A stretch of DNA of 64,000 nt, taken from a virus. The stretch's first letter is position 1. The number at the start of each line of letters is the position of its first letter. Made by a program: the position numbers and the translations under genes. Under the pieces are notes generated by a model that saw only the letters and a list, made by a program, of their open reading frames with translations, was not told the DNA's origin and made no database searches. Shown in pieces: positions 29,623 through 37,967 of the stretch. The DNA lies in IMG/VR virus record IMGVR_UViG_3300045988_130745, one strand, 5' to 3'.

Positions 29623-29698
29623 GCGCGTGTAGTTTAATGGTAAAATCGCGGACTTTTAATCCGTCAGACTGGAAGTTCAAGTCTTCTCACGCGCACCA
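29623..29698 (+). tRNA. tRNA-Lys (UUU)
   Basis: Acceptor GCGCGTG/CACGCGC, anticodon arm GCGGA-CTTTTAA-TCCGT, T arm GGAAG-TTCAAGT-CTTCT, encoded CCA. Confidence 0.85.
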
Positions 29699-29759
29699 TT
29701 AGCTCGTCTACCATGCGTAGAAAGAGTTTTTGAAACCGTTTGCGCGGTTTCTGTTTTAT

Positions 29760-29843
29760 CCCTCATTAGACCATAAGGATTGGGGTGGGTCTGTAAAACC
29801 CATGCGTTTCGCCGGGATGGTTCGATACCATCATGAGGGACCA
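29760..29843 (+). tRNA. tRNA-Tyr (GUA), class II
   Basis: Acceptor CCCTCAT/ATGAGGG, anticodon arm TGGGT-CTGTAAA-ACCCA, long variable arm, T arm GATGG-TTCGATA-CCATC, encoded CCA. Confidence 0.75.
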
Positions 29844-29866
29844 CTTATTTTAAGAAAGGATATATT

Positions 29867-30151
29867 ATGGACTTTTTTGTTGGGAATTTTACTGACTGGT
29901 TCAATAGTTATGCTAAGGATAAGTTGTTTCGTCTTTGGTATAAAGAGGACGAAAAACTTGGTCTGGATGATGGCTATGATGGAGTTTGTCAGTATGTTTA
30001 TCTGAGACAGGCAATCAATCTTGGTAACGATTGGTTGATTGGTTATGCTGTATTTGATGAACGCGAAAAGGATAATATGTATCCTAGTTTGAACTGGGTT
30101 AAGTTGAGTGAAATTGATTTAGCTTGGTACAAAGGTGACGAGGAAAAGTAA
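29867..30151 (+). CDS. hypothetical protein
   Basis: Track ORF between two tRNAs with a GAAAGGA RBS. Confidence 0.6.
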   Translation: MDFFVGNFTDWFNSYAKDKLFRLWYKEDEKLGLDDGYDGVCQYVYLRQAINLGNDWLIGYAVFDEREKDNMYPSLNWVKLSEIDLAWYKGDEEK

Positions 30152-30165
30152 TTTCCTCATTTTAT

Positions 30166-30241
30166 GGCTCTGTAGTTCAGTGGCTAGAACAGCGGACTGT
30201 CTCTCCGAAGGTCGGGAGTTCGAATCTCCCCAGAGTCGCCA
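30166..30241 (+). tRNA. tRNA-Asp (GUC)-like
   Basis: Acceptor GGCTCTG/CAGAGTC, D arm GTTC-AGTGGCTA-GAAC, anticodon loop CTGTCTC (pyrimidine at position 37), T arm GGGAG-TTCGAAT-CTCCC, CCA. Confidence 0.7.
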
Positions 30242-30511
30242 ATGTAGTTCGGAAGGACTACGAGCCTTGCGCCTAGGAGATAAGGCGTCAAACTCGCGAG
30301 GTTTGGACCTAGATAAGTCGTTAAAAACTGTCCAGTCAACACCGCTAAGACTAGTAAATTTGCGGAGACCGAGATAGGATGGATTCGAGGTAAACTACCA
30401 CCGGCGCTTAGCGATATGTGGCTTAGTCATTTGGAATCGGTCTATAAAACAAAGAAAACGAAAGTAACCTCCAATGGACGTGAGGGATAGTCTGAAAACT
30501 CCCTCTTATAT

Positions 30512-30586
30512 GTGCGAGTGGTATAACGGCAATTATTCCTGCCCTCCAAGCAGGTGACGAGGGTTCGACTCCCTTTTCGCACACCA
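30512..30586 (+). tRNA. tRNA-Gly (UCC)-like
   Basis: Acceptor GTGCGAG/TTCGCAC, perfect anticodon stem CCTGC/GCAGG with loop CCTCCAA (C at position 33), T arm GAGGG-TTCGACT-CCCTT, CCA. Confidence 0.7.
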
Positions 30587-31131
30587 TTAATCAAAGTTTT
30601 TAATTAGGTTTAACCCTTTCGAAGGATTATAGCTGAAGTGGAGCAATGCCTGAGCTAGACACGCATTGTATGGTACACTGAAACACCAAATAAACCGCGG
30701 TATAATAGGTGTTATAATGCCGAACACTTAATTAAAGTAAAAGAACGCCAATCTTTGATTAAATTGGGCTGGAGTTTATCTCCTTGGTCCACTAATCCAG
30801 TGGAATTTCTACTGGCGGCTTTACGACAGACCCGTAAGAAATCTGTCCCTCTGAATAGATACTCGCATAGCAGCAAACTCTTTCTAGTTGGAAGAATAAA
30901 AGTAAGTATTACTTGATAATGCTTTGATCGCTCGCCCATTCAAACTGGGAGTATCTAGTAATAAAAGAGGTCTGGGATGAATGTGCGAGTAAAATTTTTA
31001 ATAGCTGGGTTTAGAATGACCGCTATTGAAAATAGGTTTTCATTACCTAAGTGTGAACCTTTGCAGGGCAGGTATCCTTTGCAAGTATGAATCCTTGTGG
31101 GGTGGGTATCCCCTGCTTTATGTCTCCTGAG

Positions 31132-31204
31132 CTGGGAACTCACGGATGTTTCATAAGCAACCTATGCACAGTTCGATTCTGTGAGGAGACACCATTGGCA
31201 AAGT
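31132..31204 (+). tRNA. tRNA-like gene, anticodon CAU (Met/Ile2-type), weak D arm
   Basis: Acceptor GTCTCCT/AGGAGAC, anticodon arm GATGT-TTCATAA-GCAAC (one A-A mismatch), T arm CACAG-TTCGATT-CTGTG, CCA. The D arm is hard to fold. Confidence 0.4.
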
Positions 31205-31241
31205 TTGATGTAAAGATAGACACATTACGTTTATGGAGAAA

Positions 31242-31273
31242 AGACCTTAGAGTAAAATCTGAGGTCTTTTTTT
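31242..31273 (+). terminator. Rho-independent terminator
   Basis: AGACCTTAG/CTGAGGTCT stem, loop AGTAAAAT, T-run. Confidence 0.7.
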
Positions 31274-31274
31274 A

Positions 31275-31303
31275 TTGACTTTAGAACAAATTTATGATAT
31301 AAT
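31275..31303 (+). promoter_or_regulatory. conserved promoter module P7
   Basis: TTGACT 31275-80, 17 nt, TGA TATAAT 31298-303, then ATTTATAGAAAAT. Confidence 0.75.
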
Positions 31304-31334
31304 ATTTATAGAAAATCAAGAGAGGAAGACGAAA

Positions 31335-31559
31335 ATGACAGTTAAAGATTTGCTCGATGTGCTGTGTAAGTATCAGTGGATTGAGATTGCTGGCGATCGT
31401 TATAGTGAAAGTCCTCATTTTGTAGGAACTGTGAAAGATTTGATGAACAATAATGAATATGAGTTCCTTTGTGCGCAGAAAGTAAATGGAATATTATCTC
31501 AAAGTGAGGATAAAAATCATTATATCCTTATTTATTACAATGATTTTGAGTTAGGGTAG
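31335..31559 (+). CDS. hypothetical protein
   Basis: ATG 31335 after AGAGGAAG, inside track ORF 31275..31559 whose 5' part is the promoter. Confidence 0.6.
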   Translation: MTVKDLLDVLCKYQWIEIAGDRYSESPHFVGTVKDLMNNNEYEFLCAQKVNGILSQSEDKNHYILIYYNDFELG

Positions 31560-31571
31560 GTGTAGTAATTT

Positions 31572-31820
31572 ATGTTGGTTAAAGAGTTTATTGCAGCGGC
31601 ATATCCAGAAGATTTGGAAATTAGTATTCGAGCAAACGCCACGATTGATCGGTATGGAAATAATCCTATGTATTTTGGAAAAATTAAAGACTTTGGCAAA
31701 GAAAAATTCCATGGATACATTGGTGATTTAGAAGTCGCAGGATTCTTTTTGCCTACTGAATTTACGAACAATAAAGGATTTATTGATTTATACTATAAGT
31801 TAAATTCTTATAACGAATAA
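31572..31820 (+). CDS. hypothetical protein
   Basis: Track ORF. Confidence 0.6.
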   Translation: MLVKEFIAAAYPEDLEISIRANATIDRYGNNPMYFGKIKDFGKEKFHGYIGDLEVAGFFLPTEFTNNKGFIDLYYKLNSYNE

Positions 31821-31832
31821 AAGAGAAAACTG

Positions 31833-32042
31833 ATGAAAATTAAAAAGCTATTTAAAATCTTCCCAAGTGTCGAAAGAATTAGAATTATTGATAATATTAC
31901 TTTTAAAGAACTTTATTCTGGCGATATGGGCCACTTGCCTGGTGGACTTCTTGAGTTTTCTATAGATTGCGCGAGAAGTGCAATTGATTTGAAAGAGAAT
32001 AAACCAATGCTGTACGTCTATATAAGAAAGGCAGAAGAATGA
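31833..32042 (+). CDS. hypothetical protein
   Basis: Track ORF. Confidence 0.55.
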   Translation: MKIKKLFKIFPSVERIRIIDNITFKELYSGDMGHLPGGLLEFSIDCARSAIDLKENKPMLYVYIRKAEE

Positions 32043-32257
32043 TTTTTAATGGGAAAAAAGTTGGAGAACTTCATCATTTAACTTTTCGCCACAATAAATT
32101 CCCTAATAAGCAAAATTTTGATCCAACTGATTTATTTGGCGTAAAGAAATTTTTATATGAACATCCCGAAGTTAATGTACTTGACTTTTCACAATTTTGC
32201 TCAGACGGTGTGGTTTATACTACTATTTGGTATACTGTCCCGCGCGATCAAAATTAA
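32039..32257 (+). CDS. hypothetical protein
   Basis: Track ORF with ATGA overlap. Confidence 0.55.
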   Translation: MIFNGKKVGELHHLTFRHNKFPNKQNFDPTDLFGVKKFLYEHPEVNVLDFSQFCSDGVVYTTIWYTVPRDQN

Positions 32258-32276
32258 ACTCAAAAGGAGGAGCATT

Positions 32277-32468
32277 ATGGAAATGTTTGTTTGGACTTTG
32301 TATTACACGTATACTAAGGACGGTAAATCCACTCGACGAGTTTCTACCATTAATGCTCCTACTCTTGGACGAGCATTTCAAATTTTGCGTCATCGAATGA
32401 TTAAGAATCCTGATGAACATATTACTAATTTATGCGCCAAGCGCAAGAAAATTGAGAAAGAGGATTAA
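32277..32468 (+). CDS. hypothetical protein
   Basis: ATG 32277 after AAAGGAGGAG, inside track ORF 32157..32468. Confidence 0.6.
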   Translation: MEMFVWTLYYTYTKDGKSTRRVSTINAPTLGRAFQILRHRMIKNPDEHITNLCAKRKKIEKED

Positions 32469-32469
32469 A

Positions 32470-32979
32470 GTGAAAGAATTTTTAAAAACGGCAATATCAG
32501 TTATTCTGTCAGCTATAATTATTTTTGGGTGTTGTTTTTACACTTATGCCGATAGGGAATTGCCTGGTAGGACAAAACAAATTACTGTCACGTCAGAATA
32601 TAATGACAATGTGACTATTAAAAAGTTGGCTAAGCAATATCGAGAAGCGTGGAAAGAGGGAACGGATTTTTCTCCCGCCGCGAAAAGAATGGATTTGAAG
32701 TTTGAAGGTAAAATTAAAGCTGACCAAATTTCTGTCTCTGAAGATGGACGATTGATTGTTTCTACCGAAGATTTTTATTGGGACTATGGCGGAATTCCTG
32801 GTTTCTTTGTCGTTGCTAATACTGAAAGTGATCCTTCTCCCTATGGCGCAAAGATTGTAATTTATCTCAATAGCACTAATCAAAAAAAGTTCAGTACAGG
32901 GCAGACTATTAAATTTAAAGCTGACTTTTGGGGCATGGATGGACGTACAATGGTTTTAACGAATGGAGTACTTGAATAA
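32470..32979 (+). CDS. hypothetical protein with N-terminal membrane anchor/signal
   Basis: GTG 32470 in the frame of track ORF 32413..32979. Hydrophobic ISVILSAIIIFGCCFYTYA. Confidence 0.55.
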   Translation: MKEFLKTAISVILSAIIIFGCCFYTYADRELPGRTKQITVTSEYNDNVTIKKLAKQYREAWKEGTDFSPAAKRMDLKFEGKIKADQISVSEDGRLIVSTEDFYWDYGGIPGFFVVANTESDPSPYGAKIVIYLNSTNQKKFSTGQTIKFKADFWGMDGRTMVLTNGVLE

Positions 32980-33608
32980 TGCTTTTGCTTTTGATTGTCC
33001 ATGTTATAATTTTTGTTATAATGGGAATTATTTCTGCTTTATGCGGCGTGACATATGACGAAGATGAATTTATGTCTATGGTATGTCCTTTTATTGGAAT
33101 TGCCACAACTATTTATGCTATTCCAACAGCAATAGAAAAGAAATTAGATAAATATGATTTGATTGATGTTGATTTTGAGGATTCAAATGATAATATTATC
33201 CGAGAAAATGCCAGGTCGATTCATATAGACCATAAAGTATGCTTGTCTTACAAACAGTTTGTCGATTTTTATTCTGTTAATCCAGCACGCTGGGACGTTA
33301 CTAAGCAAAGGTGTCCTGAAAGACGTTATTTGAGATTTAAAAATGGCGAGACTTGGTACTGGATTTATTTTAAAACTGCTAAGGAATATAAGGCCGCAGT
33401 AAAATATTATTATATGCGAGAAGAAGTAAAAAATGGTTCTCACGCAGTTGATTATGACTCGCAAGAAAAAGAAAAACTCGATAAAGATACAGTTGCTTTG
33501 CTTCGTTGCGTCCAAACTGATATTAATAAAATTAAATTTCAGGCTGAATCTGAAATCAATGAAGCTACTGGCGGCATCCAGAAAATTTCAGAACGTCTAA
33601 ATAATTAA
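32979..33608 (+). CDS. membrane protein (hypothetical)
   Basis: Track ORF with two N-terminal hydrophobic segments. Confidence 0.6.
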   Translation: MLLLLIVHVIIFVIMGIISALCGVTYDEDEFMSMVCPFIGIATTIYAIPTAIEKKLDKYDLIDVDFEDSNDNIIRENARSIHIDHKVCLSYKQFVDFYSVNPARWDVTKQRCPERRYLRFKNGETWYWIYFKTAKEYKAAVKYYYMREEVKNGSHAVDYDSQEKEKLDKDTVALLRCVQTDINKIKFQAESEINEATGGIQKISERLNN

Positions 33609-33614
33609 TTTTAA

Positions 33615-33645
33615 GTCAATAGGTATCTAGCCTATTGACTTTTTT
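33615..33645 (+). terminator. terminator whose 3' arm forms the -35 of P8
   Basis: GTCAATAGG/CCTATTGAC 9-bp stem followed by TTTTTT. TTGAC of the 3' arm is the -35 hexamer. Confidence 0.65.
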
Positions 33646-33663
33646 GTTTATATATGATATAAT
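33635..33663 (+). promoter_or_regulatory. conserved promoter module P8
   Basis: TTGACT 33635-40, 17 nt, TGA TATAAT 33658-63, then ATTTATAGAAAAT. Confidence 0.75.
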
Positions 33664-33696
33664 ATTTATAGAAAATGAGAAAGGAAGAATGATGGA

Positions 33697-34518
33697 ATGG
33701 TAATGAAAGAACTTGCTACTTTTGATGAAAATGTTTTTAATCAGATGATGCGTCATGTCAAGTTCGCGCAGTTAAAAGGTTATGACGTAATTGTAGCGTC
33801 TATTTACGGCTCTCAGAATTACGCGCTTGAGACTGAAGAATCTGATGTCGATTCTTATCTGATTGTCATGCCTTCTCTTGAAGATTTGGCTTTGAATCGT
33901 AAGCCTGTTTCAAAAGAATTGATGTACGTTGACGAAAATGGCACTCCCAATGGCGAGCATATCGTAGTTAAAGATTTTCGTATTTTTGTTGAAGCACTGA
34001 TGAATGCGGATTTCCATGCCCTTGAAGTCGCAAGTTCTAAATATACTACTATTATGCGTTGGACTGATGCTGGCGAAGGAGTAAATCCTTTTGAGGATAT
34101 GGATTGTTTTACTGCGGTTTTATTTAAGTTTTACTGGCGCGTGGTGAATTGCCTTGAGGGCGCGCTCAAGAGTAAGAAGTTTGAACGGTTGGATTGGGAT
34201 AAGAAAGGCGACCGCAAAACTCTCGTTGATATTGTTTTGCATTATTTTGTTTTTCTCCATGCTTTTGAGCGAGACGAGTATCCTTATTCTACTTATTCTA
34301 AAAATTTGCGTGATGCTCTTCTTGAAATTAAAAATGGTTCAATGTCTAAAGAAGATGCTCTTGCAATGTTTGATTTAAATACCATGCTCTATAACGTGCG
34401 CGACCGTTGGGAGCATGACCAGCCCGCAGACAAAGGTAAAACTGAAAATCAGCTTCGTAAAGAGTTAAATCAAATGCTGATTAATCAGTTTGAAGCAAAA
34501 TTTGAGGAGTTGAAATAA
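33697..34518 (+). CDS. nucleotidyltransferase-fold protein
   Basis: Track ORF. IYGSQNYALETEESDVDSYLIV matches the GS...DxD minimal nucleotidyltransferase signature. Confidence 0.6.
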   Translation: MVMKELATFDENVFNQMMRHVKFAQLKGYDVIVASIYGSQNYALETEESDVDSYLIVMPSLEDLALNRKPVSKELMYVDENGTPNGEHIVVKDFRIFVEALMNADFHALEVASSKYTTIMRWTDAGEGVNPFEDMDCFTAVLFKFYWRVVNCLEGALKSKKFERLDWDKKGDRKTLVDIVLHYFVFLHAFERDEYPYSTYSKNLRDALLEIKNGSMSKEDALAMFDLNTMLYNVRDRWEHDQPADKGKTENQLRKELNQMLINQFEAKFEELK

Positions 34519-34898
34519 TGAGTCATCCTCGAACTCGTGCAGAACGTCGAGTTGCAAAAAGAAAAGAATTTAATAGGAAATACTTTTTAAGCCAGAATAC
34601 TGGCTACCCGGCACCTTATTTTTTAACTTATGCTCGGAACAAAGGTCGGCGTCGGACTTTACACACTAAACCTCCTGTTGATTATGATTTTAAAGTACCT
34701 GGAGAGTATAGAGATTATTATTCTTGGCGCGGAAAGTACAGAGCTGAAAAAATTTATTTTCGTCAGCTTGGTCATGCCAGTCGTTATCATTATTTCAAGA
34801 GAAAAGCGAATCAAGCTGTGCGTAGGAGCAAGAATTTTTCGACTCGAAAGAGTAATGATTATCGTAAAGTTTATGAATATGCTTGGATGGTGGATTAA
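34518..34898 (+). CDS. highly basic hypothetical protein
   Basis: Track ORF, Arg/Lys/Tyr-rich. Confidence 0.6.
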   Translation: MSHPRTRAERRVAKRKEFNRKYFLSQNTGYPAPYFLTYARNKGRRRTLHTKPPVDYDFKVPGEYRDYYSWRGKYRAEKIYFRQLGHASRYHYFKRKANQAVRRSKNFSTRKSNDYRKVYEYAWMVD

Positions 34899-35194
34899 TG
34901 GATAATTATATTGTAAGTGTTTCGCTTCCCGCCGCACCGGTAATGACTCCTCAAGGGGTAACTTTGCCGACTGATAGTTTAGTAACTTTCTTTTGTTCTT
35001 GCGGCGGGCGCATTGATTTTGCTAATGCGAATATTGCTAGTGAAGCAGTTAATGAGGATAAAATTGTTTGTCCCCAATGTTTTCAAAAGCATAAAAGAAA
35101 AGATTACATGTGGCTGTTTAGTGGGAAAGGACAATTTATCACCCTGCCGCAATCAATGTACAAAGAGGTAGAAAATGAAAACGAAGAAGAATGA
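34898..35194 (+). CDS. hypothetical Cys4 zinc-ribbon-like protein
   Basis: ATG 34898 overlaps the upstream stop. CSCGG...CPQC. Confidence 0.55.
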   Translation: MDNYIVSVSLPAAPVMTPQGVTLPTDSLVTFFCSCGGRIDFANANIASEAVNEDKIVCPQCFQKHKRKDYMWLFSGKGQFITLPQSMYKEVENENEEE

Positions 35195-35372
35195 TAATTT
35201 TCAGTTGACTCCCGATGGGAAGAGATTTAAAAATTACCTGACAGATATGTTGAACGGTGAGCAGTATAGAGTGGCCCTTTTTGAAGAGAATATTAAAGAA
35301 TTGGGTGATAAAATGGGGCTTGAGCGTATGGATATGATTAAGGCTTTTCTGGAAGTAATGGAGGAACTTTAA
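35175..35372 (+). CDS. hypothetical protein
   Basis: Track ORF. Confidence 0.55.
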   Translation: MKTKKNDNFQLTPDGKRFKNYLTDMLNGEQYRVALFEENIKELGDKMGLERMDMIKAFLEVMEEL

Positions 35373-35758
35373 TGGCTTATTTGATTTTGTTTTCGATGCT
35401 GTTTCTTCATTTGATTGCTGATTATAACCTTCAAGGTGTACTCGCGCAATTTAAACAGAAAAAGTGGTGGAAAGAGAATTACCCGCAGGCTCAGTATAAG
35501 AACGACTGGATGATTGCTCTTGTTGAACATTCTTTTATGTGGAGCTTTTTGGTTTGTTTGCCGTTGTTGGGCTATATGGGAATGACTAGTGGATGGAATG
35601 AGGCTGGTTGGCTGTTTAGCGCGCTGGTTGGATTCAACACGGTGGTTCACGCGATGGTGGATAATGAGAAGGCCAATAAAGGAACTTTTAATTTGATTGA
35701 GGATCAGCTGGTACATTTTGTTCAGATTTGGACGAGTTGGATGTTACTTTTTCATTGA
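35372..35758 (+). CDS. membrane protein, DUF3307-like
   Basis: Track ORF. LHLIADYNLQG near the N-terminus and several hydrophobic segments. Confidence 0.55.
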   Translation: MAYLILFSMLFLHLIADYNLQGVLAQFKQKKWWKENYPQAQYKNDWMIALVEHSFMWSFLVCLPLLGYMGMTSGWNEAGWLFSALVGFNTVVHAMVDNEKANKGTFNLIEDQLVHFVQIWTSWMLLFH

Positions 35759-35769
35759 GGTGAATATCA

Positions 35770-36015
35770 ATGGAAAAAGATTATTTTAAAATATCTCGTA
35801 ATGAATTAAGGCGACTTCTTATCTTAGAAATGTATTTTGATGCAATTATAAAATTATCTCCTGTTGGAGATTTTTATGGAGAATTGTATAAAAATACAAC
35901 TGGAGAAGAATTAGAAGAAGAGCTTTCTCAAGATGAATGTCGAGAAAAAGCAAATATGGCGGTTGAAGAGAAATCTTCAGAAATTATAAGAACTAAATTT
36001 GAGAGCTTAGAGTAA
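35770..36015 (+). CDS. hypothetical protein, left-flank paralog of 41464..41763
   Basis: Track ORF. Shares ...DFYGELYKNTTGEEL... with DFYGEIYRGLTGEEL in 41464..41763. Confidence 0.6.
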   Translation: MEKDYFKISRNELRRLLILEMYFDAIIKLSPVGDFYGELYKNTTGEELEEELSQDECREKANMAVEEKSSEIIRTKFESLE

Positions 36016-36032
36016 AATCTAAGCTCTTTTTT
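36002..36032 (+). terminator. Rho-independent terminator
   Basis: AGAGCTTAG/CTAAGCTCT stem, loop AGTAAAAT, T-run merging into the -35 of P9. Confidence 0.7.
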
Positions 36033-36059
36033 GACATAAACATAATTTTATGTTATAAT
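36031..36059 (+). promoter_or_regulatory. promoter P9 heading the radical-SAM/YcaO island
   Basis: TTGACA 36031-36, 17 nt, TGT TATAAT 36054-59, then GATTATAAAAG. Confidence 0.7.
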
Positions 36060-36081
36060 GATTATAAAAGGGGTGAAACAA

Positions 36082-36618
36082 ATGGCTTGGACTTAGGGTG
36101 GGGCAATAGGAGCTTCTGAAGTTAATAATTGGTATACTAGTCTTAATAAAACTATTGGAAGTTATGGCGGTGGAATTGCATAGCTATCTAATCCTATAAG
36201 AGCGGGAAGAGACGTATATGCTTCTGATTTAAATAATTTAATAACTAAATTAAACGAATTAAAAAGAGACGAATATTTAAGCTAGGCAAGTTATGGTAGT
36301 TATAGCTCAGTTTCTGTTGGATAGATTATTCGCGCATCAGATTGGACTGGAATAAATTCAAGTATTTCTAGTTTGACTGGTGTAAAATGTCGGAATAGAG
36401 CTACTTATACAAATGGCGCATCTACAACTACTAATGGTAATGGAGTATGTCGGCAAGGCTATGATAGTAATGGAACAGATTAGAATGGCGGAATGTGGGC
36501 GAATACTTGCACGAACGGTTGGTATGATAATTCTTCAAATTCTCATGGCACAAATAGCGCTAGTCCAAATCGTAATGGCAGTAGGGTAGATATATGGTGT
36601 CAAAATAGCACGGGGTAA
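36082..36618 (+). CDS. 178-aa protein with Cys/Asn/Gly/Ser/Thr-rich C-terminal half (candidate modification substrate)
   Basis: ATG 36082 to TAA 36616-18 with 5 in-frame TAGs. Not in the track. The C-terminal half is CRNRATYTNGASTTTNGNGVCRQGYDSNGTD.NGGMWANTCTNGWYDNSSNSHGTNSASPNRNGSRVDIWCQNSTG. Confidence 0.6.
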
Positions 36619-36620
36619 AA

Positions 36621-37967
36621 ATGAATAAAAAAGATACTGCAATTTTTTATAGCTGCGGAATTTGTAATTTAAATTGCAATTATTGCTGTATAGATAAAAA
36701 TCCAATTTTGAAAGAGATAGATAAAGAATTAGGAGAAAGTTTTTAGGGAGACTATTATTTTAATCAAGTAAAAAAATATTTCCCATTACCAGGTTCTCTT
36801 CGCCAAATTGAAACTTGGGGAGGCGAACCATTTTTAAAAATGGAACGAATGCATAATTTAATTCGTCAATTATGCGATTATTATTTTTATTTTAATAGTT
36901 TTTATAGTTCTACAAATTTCTCATTTCCTCAATGGGCAGATAAAGTTTTAGATCTATTGAAGGTTTTTGGGGAATTTTCTCCGCGTCGCTTTACGATACA
37001 TTTACAGCTTTCTATTGACGGACCAGAATATATTAATGACAGAAATAGAGGCATTGGGACTACTCAAAAATGTTTAAATAATTTTAATATTTTGATTTCT
37101 CGTTTGCCAAATGAGTTGCCTAAAAATATAAATTTGATAATTACAACTAAAGAAACTTTAGATAATTCTTCTATTATGGCTTTAGATTCTAAAAATAAAG
37201 TCATAGAATATTATCAATTTATTGAAAATAATTTTATTAGAAAAATAGATTTACTTAATTTGGACAATGTTAAAATAGAATTTTGTATTCCTAATACAGC
37301 AGATCCTTCTCCAGTTACAAAAGAAATAGGAAAGCATTTTGCAAATATCTGTAAATGGTGCAGAGAAATAGAACAAGAAAATGAAAAATATGGCTATTTT
37401 AGATATTATAAATCAATTACTCCTTTTTCTTAGAATGTTGACAATTTAAAATTGTCTTATAATTATCCAAATTACACTTGCGGGACTGGTTATAATATGA
37501 TTGGATTTTTACCGAATAATATGATTGCTAGTTGTCATGAAAGTTTTGTTTACTTAATTGAAAAATATAAAGATTTTGCAAAAGAATAGATGTCAACTGA
37601 AGTAGATAAAACCATTAATTTTAATAATTTTATTTCTAATTGTAATGCTTGTAAAATGTGTATGTCCGAGAAAAATTTCCCTGAGCATGAAAGATGTATG
37701 TCGTATTATAATCAATCTAATACGATGTTTAGATTAGCAAATATTACAAATGAAATTATGTGTTTAGCATTGGCAAAACAAATAGATCCTAAATATGCTG
37801 AAGAAGAAAAAGCTCTTTCTGCGGCGATTTATCTTCAATCCGCTACCGCTTACTGTATAAAAAATAATTATGAAATGACAGGAAGCTATAGTTTAGTTTC
37901 AGATGGGATATTAAAATTATTATTTAACGGAGCAGCAGATATTATTGAGGGAATAAATGATGTATAA
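36621..37967 (+). CDS. radical SAM enzyme with C-terminal Cys-rich (SPASM-like) domain
   Basis: ATG 36621 is in frame with ORFs 36840..37433 and 37590..37967 across TAGs 36744, 37431 and 37587. CNLNCNYC (Cx3Cx2C), WGGEPF, then CGTGYNMIGFLPNNMIASC and CNACKMC. Confidence 0.75.

Noticed and set aside
30242-31131. Considered tmRNA, RNase P RNA or a group I intron for the long structured spacers (also 41793-42288).
   Set aside because: I could not find the tRNA-like ends and tag ORF of tmRNA, the GAGGAAAGTCC-type P4 motif of RNase P, or a recognisable P7/G-binding core. These remain unassigned. See the findings on the long ORF-less spacers (30242-31131) and the ~470-nt leader (41793-42288).
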